In this document: positions 18,205 to 27,627 of the stretch, piece by piece | Position numbering within the stretch: position 1 is the first letter of the stretch | How the letters are laid out: every line of letters begins with the position of its first letter | Assembly: GCA_049969675.1 (NCBI GenBank) | Contig: JBMFOP010000007.1 | Coordinates: forward strand, 1 to 51,415 | Length of the DNA stretch: 51,415 nt | Direction: 5' to 3' | Source of the DNA: Myxococcota bacterium | GTDB taxonomy: Bacteria; Myxococcota; SpSt-1050 | The notes under the pieces: generated by a model | Told to the model about the DNA's origin: nothing | The model's input: the letters and a program-made list of their open reading frames with translations, nothing else | Databases searched by the model: none | Made by a program: the position numbers and the translations under genes

Positions 18205-18822
18205 ATGAAGAGAGTGTTTACATTTGTATTTTTAATATTTTTAACATTTGTGGCATCTGGTTGCAAGAAAGAAGGGGTGGGCAGTTCACAGGTAAAGGCG
18301 AGGGAGAAGATTACTGCCAGAATTATTACCTCAATGGGAGATATCAACTGTGAACTCTTTCCCGATAAGGCGCCTAAGACAGTTGCCAATTTTATTGGAC
18401 TTGCAGAGGGTACAAAGGAATGGTTGGTGCCCGGGACAAACCAGTGGGTAAAAAAGCCGTTATACTCAGGGACTATCTTTCATCGCGTAATTCCCAATTT
18501 TATGATTCAGGGGGGAGACCCTCTCGGCAATGGCACCGGTGGTCCCGGTTATGAGTTTGAAGATGAGTTTTCAGAAGATCTAAAATTTGATGTAGCTGGA
18601 AGGCTTGCAATGGCAAACGCGGGTCCCAATACAAACGGCTGTCAATTCTTCATTACAGAGAGGCCAACCCCTCATCTGAACAATAGACACACCATCTTCG
18701 GGCAATGTAAAGAAATAGATATAGTCAAGGCAATAGCGAGGGTTGAAAGAGACCCTTCAAACGATAGACCTAAGTCAGATGTGGTTATAAAAGAGATCAA
18801 GATAATAAGAGAAAGGCAGTAA
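18205..18822 (+). CDS. Cyclophilin-type peptidyl-prolyl isomerase, lipoprotein
   Basis: Lipobox VASGC; APKTVANF, FHRVIPNFMIQGGDP, LAMANAGPNTNG, HTIFG. Confidence 0.95.
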   Translation: MKRVFTFVFLIFLTFVASGCKKEGVGSSQVKAREKITARIITSMGDINCELFPDKAPKTVANFIGLAEGTKEWLVPGTNQWVKKPLYSGTIFHRVIPNFMIQGGDPLGNGTGGPGYEFEDEFSEDLKFDVAGRLAMANAGPNTNGCQFFITERPTPHLNNRHTIFGQCKEIDIVKAIARVERDPSNDRPKSDVVIKEIKIIRERQ

Positions 18823-18840
18823 TTTTTAGAGGGGATTTAT

Positions 18841-21798
18841 TTGCAAAATCCATTCCTGTTTACGGTAATCGTTGGTCTATGCTTCTTTCTCTCCGGAAGT
18901 GCGGGGTTAATACTTGAGATAGTCTGGACAAAGTATCTGAATCTGATATTTGGTTCTACAACTCTCTCAATAAGCACCACCGTTGCCGCATTTATGGGAG
19001 GGCTTGCGACTGGATCTTACTTTGCAGATAGATTCTTAAAGAGATTGAAAAATCCTATTAGAAGTTATGGGATTTTTGAGATTCTAATTGGGATTTATGC
19101 CTTGATTATACCGTCTATATTAAAATGGTTTATCTCCTATCAGGGGGAGATTCTGCCGCACTTTTATGAGAATGCATTTGTATATTCTATAGTGAGATTT
19201 CTCTTCTGTTTTGTTGTACTTATAATCCCCACTACCGCAATGGGAGCGACTCTGCCCATTTTATCCAGCTTCTATATAGAAAATATCGGTGAAGGTGGGA
19301 AGAAGATGGGGTTCCTCTATGCAATAAATACCGCTGGTGCCACAATCGGGACATTTATAGCCGGCTTCTTCCTTTTGAAGAGTCTCGGTGTTCAGAATAC
19401 AAATAATCTGGCTGCATCAATTGATATAATTGTAGGGGTCTCAATCTTATTGCTCTTTAGCAGGATAAAGGATTCAAGGACAATTTCATCGGAAGAGAGA
19501 GAAGAGTCCACAAATGATATAGAATGGATATTGATATCTGTTAGCTTTATTGCTGGCATAGTATCTATGTGCTATCAGATGCTCTGGACAAGGTCTCTTT
19601 CTATGGTAATCGGATCATCTACTTATGCCTTTACTATAATTCTCACTACATTTTTACTGGGAATTGCAATAGGTTCATTCTTCTTTTCAAGGATACTTTC
19701 AAGACGAGATGATGCTGTCTCAGATTTGATTCTGATTTTTATATTTATTGGATTTACATCCCTAATTACATCAATATATATAGACCGTCTACCTTTTTTA
19801 GTTCAGAAAATAATGTTGATAGAAGATTTTACTCCAGTTCATATATTCTGGGGATATTTCTTTGTCACCGCTCTGGTAGTAATATTCCCTGCAATAGGAA
19901 TGGGTATGTATCTCCCACTACTGGTTCATATCACCCTGCGCGATATAAAGAAGGTAACCCGTGATATAGGTAGGATTTATAGTGCAAATACAGTAGGAAA
20001 TATTATCGGCTCCTTTATTGGTGGATTTGTTGTAATACCGTTTATCGGTATTCAGACAGGGCTTAAAATATCTATAATAATAAGTCTCTCAATCGGCATC
20101 TTATTAATCTATTACTTTAGAAGATATTATCTTCCAAAGGATATAAGACATATATTCTTTGCCTCTCTTGTAATTTTAGTTACAATATTTTCTCCCAAAT
20201 GGGATATTGCAAAGTGGAGCTCCGGTATGTTCAGGGCATATCTTGCACGCGGTCCCTATAATAGAGGAGAATATGTCCCACCAAAGGTTATATTTCATAA
20301 AGATGGCATTGTCACCACTGTCACAGTAGAGTATCGTGAAGGTGGGATGTACAGCCTCAAGGTAAACGGGAAAGTAGATGCCTCAAATGGCTCAGATATG
20401 AGCACTCAGATGCTTTCTGGATTGATTCCTTTGCTCTTAAATCCAGACGCTGAGAGTGTGGCTATTATTGGTTTTGGGAGTGGTACAACCTCCGGGACTG
20501 TGGCAAGAACTACCGTTAAAGAGGTCACAAGTATTGAACTGGAAGAGGCGGTTATTGAGGCATCCAGACATTTTACCTCTTTTAATCTTGAACCATTAAA
20601 ATCCCCCAGGCATAGACTCAGGATTGATGATGGCAGGAACTTTATTATGTCAACAGATAGAAAATTTGATATTATAATCTCAGAACCTTCAAATCCCTGG
20701 ATGAGCGGGGCGAGTTCTCTCTTTACTTATGATTTCTGGAGCAGGGCGGCTCAGAGATTAAATAAAGGAGGAATATTCTGTCAATGGTTGCAGATGTATG
20801 AACTTTCACTCAATAATATCAAGATTCTAATGAATACCTTCCATAAGGTCTTCCCTTATGTACTCCTCTTTCAGTCCTATCAAAATTCTAATGATACTCT
20901 CTTAATCGGTTCATTTGAACCGTTGAAATTCAGTTATAGAAGATCCATTCAGTTGATAGAATTGCCCACTATAAAACCAGAACTTGAGAAGATAAATGTG
21001 CAAAACCCTTTTGATGTGTTTATACTGATTTACTATACGCAGGATGAGATAGAGGAGTTTGCCAGAACTGATATCATAAATACCGATGACAATTCAATTA
21101 TAGAATTTGCCGCACCTATTGACCTTTTGATGTATGCAGTTCAGAAAGAGGATGAACCTCCGCCAGCGCTATTAAAAGAGAAGGTTGTAGATAAGGTGCT
21201 GGAGATGATGGTAGATATCAATGAGTATGATAGAGAATCGTTGATGAAGACGATGGCAGAGGCGGCACTTAAGAGAGGAAAGCTCAAATCAGCAGAGAGG
21301 TCTGCATCGGAGATTAAAGATAAAGAGAAGAGAAGGCTTTTTGATAAGATTAATGAATATATGGGTGGTGCAGAATATTCATTCCCATTTAAGATTATAG
21401 GCCCAAATGTACTTCAAGATAAATGGGGGTATTTTGTACAGCTCTTAAAACAGGAGAATATAGCCTCTGCATTGAATCTGATGAATAGCAAGAAATTGAT
21501 ACCTGTTGAGAGGAGGATCGGGAGTATTCTCGTTGAGATATATATACCGCCTACCTCAACAATTGAAGAGGAATTGCTTATGGGTTATCTATATTTTTAT
21601 GAAAGTTCATATTATCATGCAATCTATCTGTGGGAGAAGGCTATATCGTCTGGTGCAGATAAAAAGTATCCGTGGATATACTACTATCTCGGGAGGGCTT
21701 ATTATAATTTGGATGAATGTGCTGAATCTTACAGGGCATTTGAAAAATTTGTTGAGTGGGATAAAGAGAATTTTCTTGAAAACGAAGTAGGAAATTAA
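18841..21798 (+). CDS. Fused multi-TM/spermidine-synthase-like protein with C-terminal TPR region
   Basis: Two repeated TM blocks (FGSTT/GSST; YAINT.G/YSANT.G), NGKVDAS, IIGFGSG, DDGRN, DIIISEPSNPW, NTDDN; TTG start. Confidence 0.88.
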   Translation: MQNPFLFTVIVGLCFFLSGSAGLILEIVWTKYLNLIFGSTTLSISTTVAAFMGGLATGSYFADRFLKRLKNPIRSYGIFEILIGIYALIIPSILKWFISYQGEILPHFYENAFVYSIVRFLFCFVVLIIPTTAMGATLPILSSFYIENIGEGGKKMGFLYAINTAGATIGTFIAGFFLLKSLGVQNTNNLAASIDIIVGVSILLLFSRIKDSRTISSEEREESTNDIEWILISVSFIAGIVSMCYQMLWTRSLSMVIGSSTYAFTIILTTFLLGIAIGSFFFSRILSRRDDAVSDLILIFIFIGFTSLITSIYIDRLPFLVQKIMLIEDFTPVHIFWGYFFVTALVVIFPAIGMGMYLPLLVHITLRDIKKVTRDIGRIYSANTVGNIIGSFIGGFVVIPFIGIQTGLKISIIISLSIGILLIYYFRRYYLPKDIRHIFFASLVILVTIFSPKWDIAKWSSGMFRAYLARGPYNRGEYVPPKVIFHKDGIVTTVTVEYREGGMYSLKVNGKVDASNGSDMSTQMLSGLIPLLLNPDAESVAIIGFGSGTTSGTVARTTVKEVTSIELEEAVIEASRHFTSFNLEPLKSPRHRLRIDDGRNFIMSTDRKFDIIISEPSNPWMSGASSLFTYDFWSRAAQRLNKGGIFCQWLQMYELSLNNIKILMNTFHKVFPYVLLFQSYQNSNDTLLIGSFEPLKFSYRRSIQLIELPTIKPELEKINVQNPFDVFILIYYTQDEIEEFARTDIINTDDNSIIEFAAPIDLLMYAVQKEDEPPPALLKEKVVDKVLEMMVDINEYDRESLMKTMAEAALKRGKLKSAERSASEIKDKEKRRLFDKINEYMGGAEYSFPFKIIGPNVLQDKWGYFVQLLKQENIASALNLMNSKKLIPVERRIGSILVEIYIPPTSTIEEELLMGYLYFYESSYYHAIYLWEKAISSGADKKYPWIYYYLGRAYYNLDECAESYRAFEKFVEWDKENFLENEVGN

Positions 21799-21893
21799 AT
21801 TTTTAAAAGAGAATTCTATGGAACGGCAGAGATTATTTTAATAGTGCCGCTAACTCTGATATTTATCTTTTCAAATATGTACCGTGAATTGAA

Positions 21894-21928
21894 GTCCATA
21901 GTCCACAATCCATACTCCACAGTCCGTA
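21894..21928 (+). repeat. Degenerate 7-bp tandem repeat x5
   Basis: GTCCATA GTCCACA ATCCATA CTCCACA GTCCGTA. Confidence 0.75.
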
Positions 21929-22029
21929 GAATATAATCAATTTTTAAGAGGGTTTATAATGATTTGTACCATTTTGATTTTTGTCTCATCTTAATCATAT
22001 ATTTTGTGAAAACTATGATTAATTATTTA

Positions 22030-22077
22030 TTATGAGACAAAACAATTGCCGAGTTTTCTAATTGGGGTTTATCATAC
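22030..22077 (+). repeat. 48-bp dispersed repeat, copy B
   Basis: TTATGAGACAAAACAATTGCCGAGTTTTCTAATTGGGGTTTATCATAC; 43/48 identical to the reverse complement of 14973-15020. Confidence 0.85.
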
Positions 22078-22188
22078 AGGGATATGTGTGAACAGGTAGA
22101 AAAGGATTTATCAGAAGGAATAATATCTATCTCTGATGCATCAAGGGTATTTTCCTGCAAAACCCTTCTCGCAGGTAAAAAAGAGTAA
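22036..22188 (+). mobile_element. Possible IS256-family transposase fragment
   Basis: Open frame DKTIAEFSNWGLSYRDMCEQVEKDLSEGIISISDASRVF resembles the IS256 segment I..mY..G.S.Rd.......G..iS.s.vSr; by-eye match only. Confidence 0.35.
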
Positions 22189-22199
22189 AGAATAAGAAT

Positions 22200-22276
22200 T
22201 TAGATTCTTTAATCGTAACTTCTGCGTAAAATGTGCAGAAGATTTTTCAAGGATTTTGGTTTCGGCTATGCCGAAT
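22200..22276 (+). repeat. 77-bp dispersed repeat, copy C (MITE/IS-end/REP-like)
   Basis: 69/77 identical to 33384-33460; internal hairpins CTTCTGC..GCAGAAG and TTCGGC-TAT-GCCGAA. Confidence 0.88.
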
Positions 22277-22310
22277 TAGGAGTGAGACAATTCAGATTCC
22301 TGAATACCTA

Positions 22311-24110
22311 TTATATCCTGTAGTCCTCTTTATCAACAAAGTACTGGGCAATGGAGCGTTTAAGTGCAATTAGATTTGCCTCCGGTCTTCTGTAAAGCAT
22401 ATCCAGAATCTTCATATCTTTTGTAACTTCTTCATCAGTTCCGATAGATGCGGCAAGCAATCTCAATTCTGCAAAACTCTTTTCAAAATTTTCATAAACA
22501 AATGCATTTGCCATATCTACCTGTATCTTTGCCCTCTCAAGACCGAACATCTCAACTGAATTGAGTGCCCTGCCACATACAGAATCCATAGCACAGATGG
22601 CGATGGTTATATCTGCAAGCGACCTTATATATTCCTGTTCTTTTGGAAGGTTCTCACCATACTTCTGCACCAATCTGTTAAATAGATACAGGTATGAACG
22701 TTTTAAAAGTTCAGTGAGCTTTGCTGAGGTGGAGATTGGTGAATCTTTAATATCTTTTGTTATCAGTTCGGGATTCTTGAGTTCCTCTACCATTCGCTTT
22801 GTTATCTCCGAGATATTAATTTTACCGGCTGCAATTCTCCTCATAATTGTAGAGATTATGACCAATCTATTTATCTCATTTGTGCCTTCAAAGAGTCTGT
22901 TGATTCTGGAGTCTCTATATGCCCTCTCTACTGAATATTCTTTTGTATATCCATATCCCCCGTGAATCTGAACTCCTTCATCCACCACAAAATCAAGAAT
23001 CTCTGAGCCGAAGACCTTCATTATAGAATCCTCAATGGCAAACTCCTCAATCCCCTCAATGGTCTTCTGCTGTGCATCGGGGGCTAATTGGTCTATTGTG
23101 TGCAAAATCTTATCCATTAATCCTGCAACTCTATATGAGACGGTCTCACCGGCATAAATCTGTATCGCCATATTGGCAAACTTCTCTCTAATCATTCCAA
23201 AAGATTCAATCGGTCTTCCAAACTGCTTTCTATCTTTTGCATATTTGATAGAGGTCTTCAATACATCTTTTGCAGCGCCGATACAGATGACGCCGAGCTT
23301 AAATCTCCCTACATTTAAGATATTGAAAGCAATCTTATGTCCTTTACCAATCTCTCCAAGCACATTCTCAACAGGTACCTTGCAATCTTCAAGTATAAGT
23401 GGGCAGGTAGAGGAACCCCTTATTCCCATCTTATTCTCCTCTTTCCCTACAGAGAAGCCTGGGGTGCCTTTTTCAATTATGAATCCAGTGAATTTATCTC
23501 CATCAATCTTTGCAAAGACGGTAAATACATCAGCAAAGCCAGCATTTGTAATAAACTGTTTCCCTCCATTGAGGATATAATATTTTCCATCAGGTGAGAG
23601 GACCGCCTTTGTCCTTGCGGCAAGTGCATCTGAGCCAGAACCAGTCTCTGTGAGAGCATATGCCCCTATCAGTTCACCCGTTGCAAGTTTAGGGATATAT
23701 TTCTCTTTCTGCTTTTCATTGCCGAAAAATAAGATAGGTAGTGTTCCAATTCCAGTATGAGCCATCAATGCCACCATAAAAGAGCCAGACATACCGATAG
23801 CCTCCATCAGTGCCATTGATGATGCCTTTGAAAGTCCGGCACCGCCGTATCTCTCCGGGATGTCTCCCATCAGTAGCCCAAGTTCACCAGCCTTTTTTAA
23901 AAGTTTTACAAGTAAATCATAATCATGATGTTCGTCTATCTTATCCAGATTTGGCATTACTTCATTTACTACAAAATCAAGGGCTGTGTTTCTAAACTGT
24001 ATTGTATCCTCATCAAAGTCCTCTGGAGTAAAGAATCTCTTCTCGGTTACTCTGTCAAAGATAAATCCAGCCCCTGTCTGTGGCGATAATTTTTCATAAA
24101 TATTGCTCAT
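22311..24110 (-). CDS. Long-form acyl-CoA dehydrogenase (FadE/VLCAD-like)
   Basis: AYALTETGSGSDA, GGKQFITNAG, KMGIRGSST, LNVGR, RKQFG, QIHGGYGY, RINRLFEGTNEINR; AGGAGG RBS. Confidence 0.95.
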   Translation of the reverse strand: MSNIYEKLSPQTGAGFIFDRVTEKRFFTPEDFDEDTIQFRNTALDFVVNEVMPNLDKIDEHHDYDLLVKLLKKAGELGLLMGDIPERYGGAGLSKASSMALMEAIGMSGSFMVALMAHTGIGTLPILFFGNEKQKEKYIPKLATGELIGAYALTETGSGSDALAARTKAVLSPDGKYYILNGGKQFITNAGFADVFTVFAKIDGDKFTGFIIEKGTPGFSVGKEENKMGIRGSSTCPLILEDCKVPVENVLGEIGKGHKIAFNILNVGRFKLGVICIGAAKDVLKTSIKYAKDRKQFGRPIESFGMIREKFANMAIQIYAGETVSYRVAGLMDKILHTIDQLAPDAQQKTIEGIEEFAIEDSIMKVFGSEILDFVVDEGVQIHGGYGYTKEYSVERAYRDSRINRLFEGTNEINRLVIISTIMRRIAAGKINISEITKRMVEELKNPELITKDIKDSPISTSAKLTELLKRSYLYLFNRLVQKYGENLPKEQEYIRSLADITIAICAMDSVCGRALNSVEMFGLERAKIQVDMANAFVYENFEKSFAELRLLAASIGTDEEVTKDMKILDMLYRRPEANLIALKRSIAQYFVDKEDYRI

Positions 24111-24282
24111 CATTCCTCCTTTGAAAAGATAAAATCAAGGGTTTTATTAACATTGTTCGATTTTACTTGCAAGCATTTTATGACACAATGCGTAAAAAAT
24201 TATTATTATACATATCCTCTTATTTTGGTTGACCAATTGATTTTTATTTGATTTTATTTACTCACTTTCAGGAGGTTTCTTT

Positions 24283-25476
24283 ATGAAATTTGCAGATAGG
24301 ATTTCAAGGCTTGGGACAGAGACTGCTTTTGATGTACTTGCCAGAGTAAATGAACTCAAGGCACAGGGGAAGGATATTATCTCATTCTCAATAGGCGAAC
24401 CGGATTTCAATACCCCTGAAAATATAAAGAAGGCTGGCAAAGATGCTATTGATAGGAACGAAACGCATTATAAACCAGCCAATGGTATTTTGGAGTTAAG
24501 AGAAGTTATTGCACAGAAATCATTTGAATTAAGAGGTGTAAAGGTTGACCCTTCTGAGGTTGTTGTAACTCCGGGTGCAAAGCCAATTCTCTTCCATACT
24601 ATGCATGCCCTTGTAAATGAAGGTGATGAGGTAATATATGTAAATCCGGGATTCCCCATCTACGAATCGGTAATAAATTTTTTAAATGGGAAGCCAGTTC
24701 CACTTCCACTTGTAGAAGAGAAGGAGTTTTCATTTGATATTGATACCTTAAAGAGTCTTATTACAGAGAAGACTAAACTCCTGATTATAAACTCTCCACA
24801 CAATCCAACCGGCGGCGCACTTTCAAGGTCAGACCTTGAAGCCATTGCCGAACTGGCTACAAAACACGATTTCTATGTTATGTCAGATGAGGTCTATCAT
24901 AGATTCTCCTTTGATATGAAGTTTGAGAGCATCTCCTCAATTCCCGGGATGAAGGAGAGGACTATAATTGTAGATGGCTGTTCAAAGACCTATGCAATGA
25001 CGGGTTGGAGAATAGGCTGGGGGATTATGCCAGCAGAACTTGCAAAGGTAGTTACCCGTATGATTATCAATTCAGATTCCTGCACTGCGGCATTCACGCA
25101 ATATGCAGCGATAGAGGCATTACGAGGAGAACAATCAGAGTCATACAGAATGGCAGAGGAGTTCAAGGCGAGAAGGGACCTGATAGTAGACCTTTTAAAT
25201 AATATTAAGGGGATTAGATGTCTTAAGGCAAAAGGTGCATTTTATGTATTTCCCAATGTCACAGAGGCGTGCAAAAATATGGGATTAAAGGATTCAAGGG
25301 AGCTTCAGGACTATTTGTTGTATAATGCCGGAGTTGCAGTGCTTTCAAGAACCTGTTTCGGCTCTAAGAATATAGGCGAGAAGGATGAATATATAAGACT
25401 TTCCTATGCCACTTCAAGGGAGCAGATCAGAGAAGGTCTCAGGAGGATGAAAGAGGCAATTGAGAATAGGAGATGA
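24283..25476 (+). CDS. PLP-dependent aminotransferase class I/II (aspartate aminotransferase-like)
   Basis: IGEPDF, NSPHNPTG, SDEVY, SKTYAMTGWRIG, GAFY, IRLSYA. Confidence 0.93.
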   Translation: MKFADRISRLGTETAFDVLARVNELKAQGKDIISFSIGEPDFNTPENIKKAGKDAIDRNETHYKPANGILELREVIAQKSFELRGVKVDPSEVVVTPGAKPILFHTMHALVNEGDEVIYVNPGFPIYESVINFLNGKPVPLPLVEEKEFSFDIDTLKSLITEKTKLLIINSPHNPTGGALSRSDLEAIAELATKHDFYVMSDEVYHRFSFDMKFESISSIPGMKERTIIVDGCSKTYAMTGWRIGWGIMPAELAKVVTRMIINSDSCTAAFTQYAAIEALRGEQSESYRMAEEFKARRDLIVDLLNNIKGIRCLKAKGAFYVFPNVTEACKNMGLKDSRELQDYLLYNAGVAVLSRTCFGSKNIGEKDEYIRLSYATSREQIREGLRRMKEAIENRR

Positions 25477-25487
25477 GGGGTCAGACT

Positions 25488-26405
25488 ATGAAAGTTGCAG
25501 TAGTAGATATAGGGACAAATTCTATATTGCTTACAATTGCAGATATTGAGGGTAGAGATATAAAGAATGTAACTGAACTTTCCCGCATTACCCGGCTCGG
25601 GAAAGGTCTCTCTGATGACAACACCATTAGAGAGGAGAATATTGAGATTACACTCAGCGCCCTCAAAGAGTTTGCTGACAAGATTCACAACAAAGGGGTT
25701 GAAAAAGTAAAGTATATAGCAACAGAGGCTCTGAGAAGGGCTGTCAATAGTGATTATGTAATTAAGAAACTCTCTTCAGCCAGTCTATCAAATATCGAGA
25801 TTATTGATGAGGGGAGAGAGGGATTTTATAGTTTCTACTCTGTCTCTTTTATGAACCCTTCAAAGGAGATATGTGTTATTGACATCGGAGGTGGTTCAAC
25901 TGAGATTACAACCGGTGTGGATTCAAATGTTAGATTTACAAAGAGCCTGAAGTTTGGCGCTGTTGACCTGTATGAGAGATTCTTTAAGAATGGCGATATA
26001 TATTCAAGAGGCGATATTCTCAGGGCTACCGGCTATGTCAATCAGGTGCTTGAGAAGGAGATACCTCAAGATGTAGCCGCCGGTTTTGTAGGTGTTTATG
26101 TATCTGGAGGGACAATTACAAATATTGCAGCCATTCTGGAAGGTATGAAAGATTATAATCCCGATTTGATAGAAGGGAAGGGCGTTCATATAAATGAAAT
26201 TACCGGACTCTTTGAGACCATATCCCAGATGAGAAAGGAGGAGAGAAGCAAAATTGTTGGTATTGAGGCTGAGAGGTCTGATATTCTTCCAGCCGGAATA
26301 TTGATATTAAAATCAATAATGACTTATCTGGGCAAGGAGTCCATTAGAGTTACTACTAAAGGGGTGAGATGGGGGATAATTTTCAAGATGGATGAGGAAG
26401 GCTAA
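25488..26405 (+). CDS. ppx: Ppx/GppA-family exopolyphosphatase (short form)
   Basis: VDIGTNS, TRLGKG, ATEALRRA, DIGGGSTE, GGTIT, GVRWG. Confidence 0.88.
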   Translation: MKVAVVDIGTNSILLTIADIEGRDIKNVTELSRITRLGKGLSDDNTIREENIEITLSALKEFADKIHNKGVEKVKYIATEALRRAVNSDYVIKKLSSASLSNIEIIDEGREGFYSFYSVSFMNPSKEICVIDIGGGSTEITTGVDSNVRFTKSLKFGAVDLYERFFKNGDIYSRGDILRATGYVNQVLEKEIPQDVAAGFVGVYVSGGTITNIAAILEGMKDYNPDLIEGKGVHINEITGLFETISQMRKEERSKIVGIEAERSDILPAGILILKSIMTYLGKESIRVTTKGVRWGIIFKMDEEG

Positions 26406-26409
26406 TAAG

Positions 26410-27627
26410 ATGCAGAAGATCTCAATTATAAGATTGTCTCACAAGATGTTTGATTCCACAGATAATATTAAACGGAGTGTGGAGATAATCAAGAGGCACT
26501 TTGACTCCCAAGAACGCCTTATTATTATTGTGCCATATATTCGTAAATTTTATGATAGCCTGAATGAGACAATCTCCAACTTTTATACTATAAATCTGGA
26601 ATCCGAGAGAAATCAGCTCTATAGACCCACAGAGAATATCTCTTCCAGAATTTTAAAATTTGCACTCCTCTCTAAGGGGATTTATACCCTTGAATTTGAT
26701 CAAAATTTGATTCAGATTCCTAAGCGGAAGCTTTTTTCAGAGCCGACAATTCCGGACTTTTATAGAGAGTTTATTGAGAAGAATCTTGACAGGGGAACTG
26801 TTCTGCTCGTAAGCGGGCTTTCTGTAATAGATGAAAAAGGACAGATAGATAGAATTCTGGGTGGAACCGATAGAGTTACTCCAATATTATTTGCCAGACT
26901 TCTGGGACAGAATAAGGTAATCTATTATAGAGAGGACCTGCTATTCTTTACATCAAATAGGGAGTTTGTAAGAAAGGCAAGACTTATTAAAGATCTGGAT
27001 TACGATGAAGCGGCTAATATACTTTCAAATAATGATTCAAGCTTTGATATTGATGACCTGATGCTTGCAAAGGAGTGGAATATAGAGATTGAATTCAGAA
27101 ACTTTTATGAACCAGAAAAATACACCTTAATTTCAGGAGGAAAGATGAAGAAGAACATTGTAAAATCTATAATTGGTGACCCGAATAAGGCAAAGGTATC
27201 AATACATCAGGTTCAGGACAGGCCGGGCGTTGCTGCACGAATATTCTCTCCACTGGTTGAAAATGGAATTCAGATTTTTGATATAAGCAATATTGTAACC
27301 ATAGATGGCTTATCTGACATCTCATTCACAGTCTTACGAGATGATGCAAAGCGTGCTTATATAATCACGGAGAAATTTGCTAAGGAGTGCGGTGCCTCTT
27401 CTGTTGAATATGATGACAATATAGCCGTGATCTCAGTAATTGGTTCAGGGCTTTATAAAAATCCAGACATAGCCTTCAAAATATTCTCTGTGCTTGCAAA
27501 GAATAGAATCAATATCAATTATATAAATGCAAATGATATAAAGATCTCTGTGGCTATAAATAGAGACTATCTTGAACTGGCTTTGAGGCTCCTGCACGAA
27601 ACATTTGAAATGGATAAGGATGAATAA
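26410..27627 (+). CDS. Aspartokinase-like protein with degenerate kinase domain and two ACT domains
   Basis: Colinear with about 410-aa LysC; ACT region conserved (DRPGVAARIF, DISFTV, ELALRLLHETF) but catalytic motifs replaced. Confidence 0.8.
   Translation: MQKISIIRLSHKMFDSTDNIKRSVEIIKRHFDSQERLIIIVPYIRKFYDSLNETISNFYTINLESERNQLYRPTENISSRILKFALLSKGIYTLEFDQNLIQIPKRKLFSEPTIPDFYREFIEKNLDRGTVLLVSGLSVIDEKGQIDRILGGTDRVTPILFARLLGQNKVIYYREDLLFFTSNREFVRKARLIKDLDYDEAANILSNNDSSFDIDDLMLAKEWNIEIEFRNFYEPEKYTLISGGKMKKNIVKSIIGDPNKAKVSIHQVQDRPGVAARIFSPLVENGIQIFDISNIVTIDGLSDISFTVLRDDAKRAYIITEKFAKECGASSVEYDDNIAVISVIGSGLYKNPDIAFKIFSVLAKNRININYINANDIKISVAINRDYLELALRLLHETFEMDKDE
27145..27627 (+). CDS. Putative nested in-frame beta subunit (ACT-ACT, 160 aa)
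   Basis: CAGGAGGAAAG-ATG in frame at the kinase/ACT boundary, as in alpha2beta2 aspartokinases. Confidence 0.6.
   Translation: MKKNIVKSIIGDPNKAKVSIHQVQDRPGVAARIFSPLVENGIQIFDISNIVTIDGLSDISFTVLRDDAKRAYIITEKFAKECGASSVEYDDNIAVISVIGSGLYKNPDIAFKIFSVLAKNRININYINANDIKISVAINRDYLELALRLLHETFEMDKDE

Noticed and set aside
21894..22276. Repeats as a CRISPR array or integron attC sites
   Set aside because: No regular repeat-spacer pattern, no cas or integrase gene, no paired RYYYAAC/GTTRRRY ends
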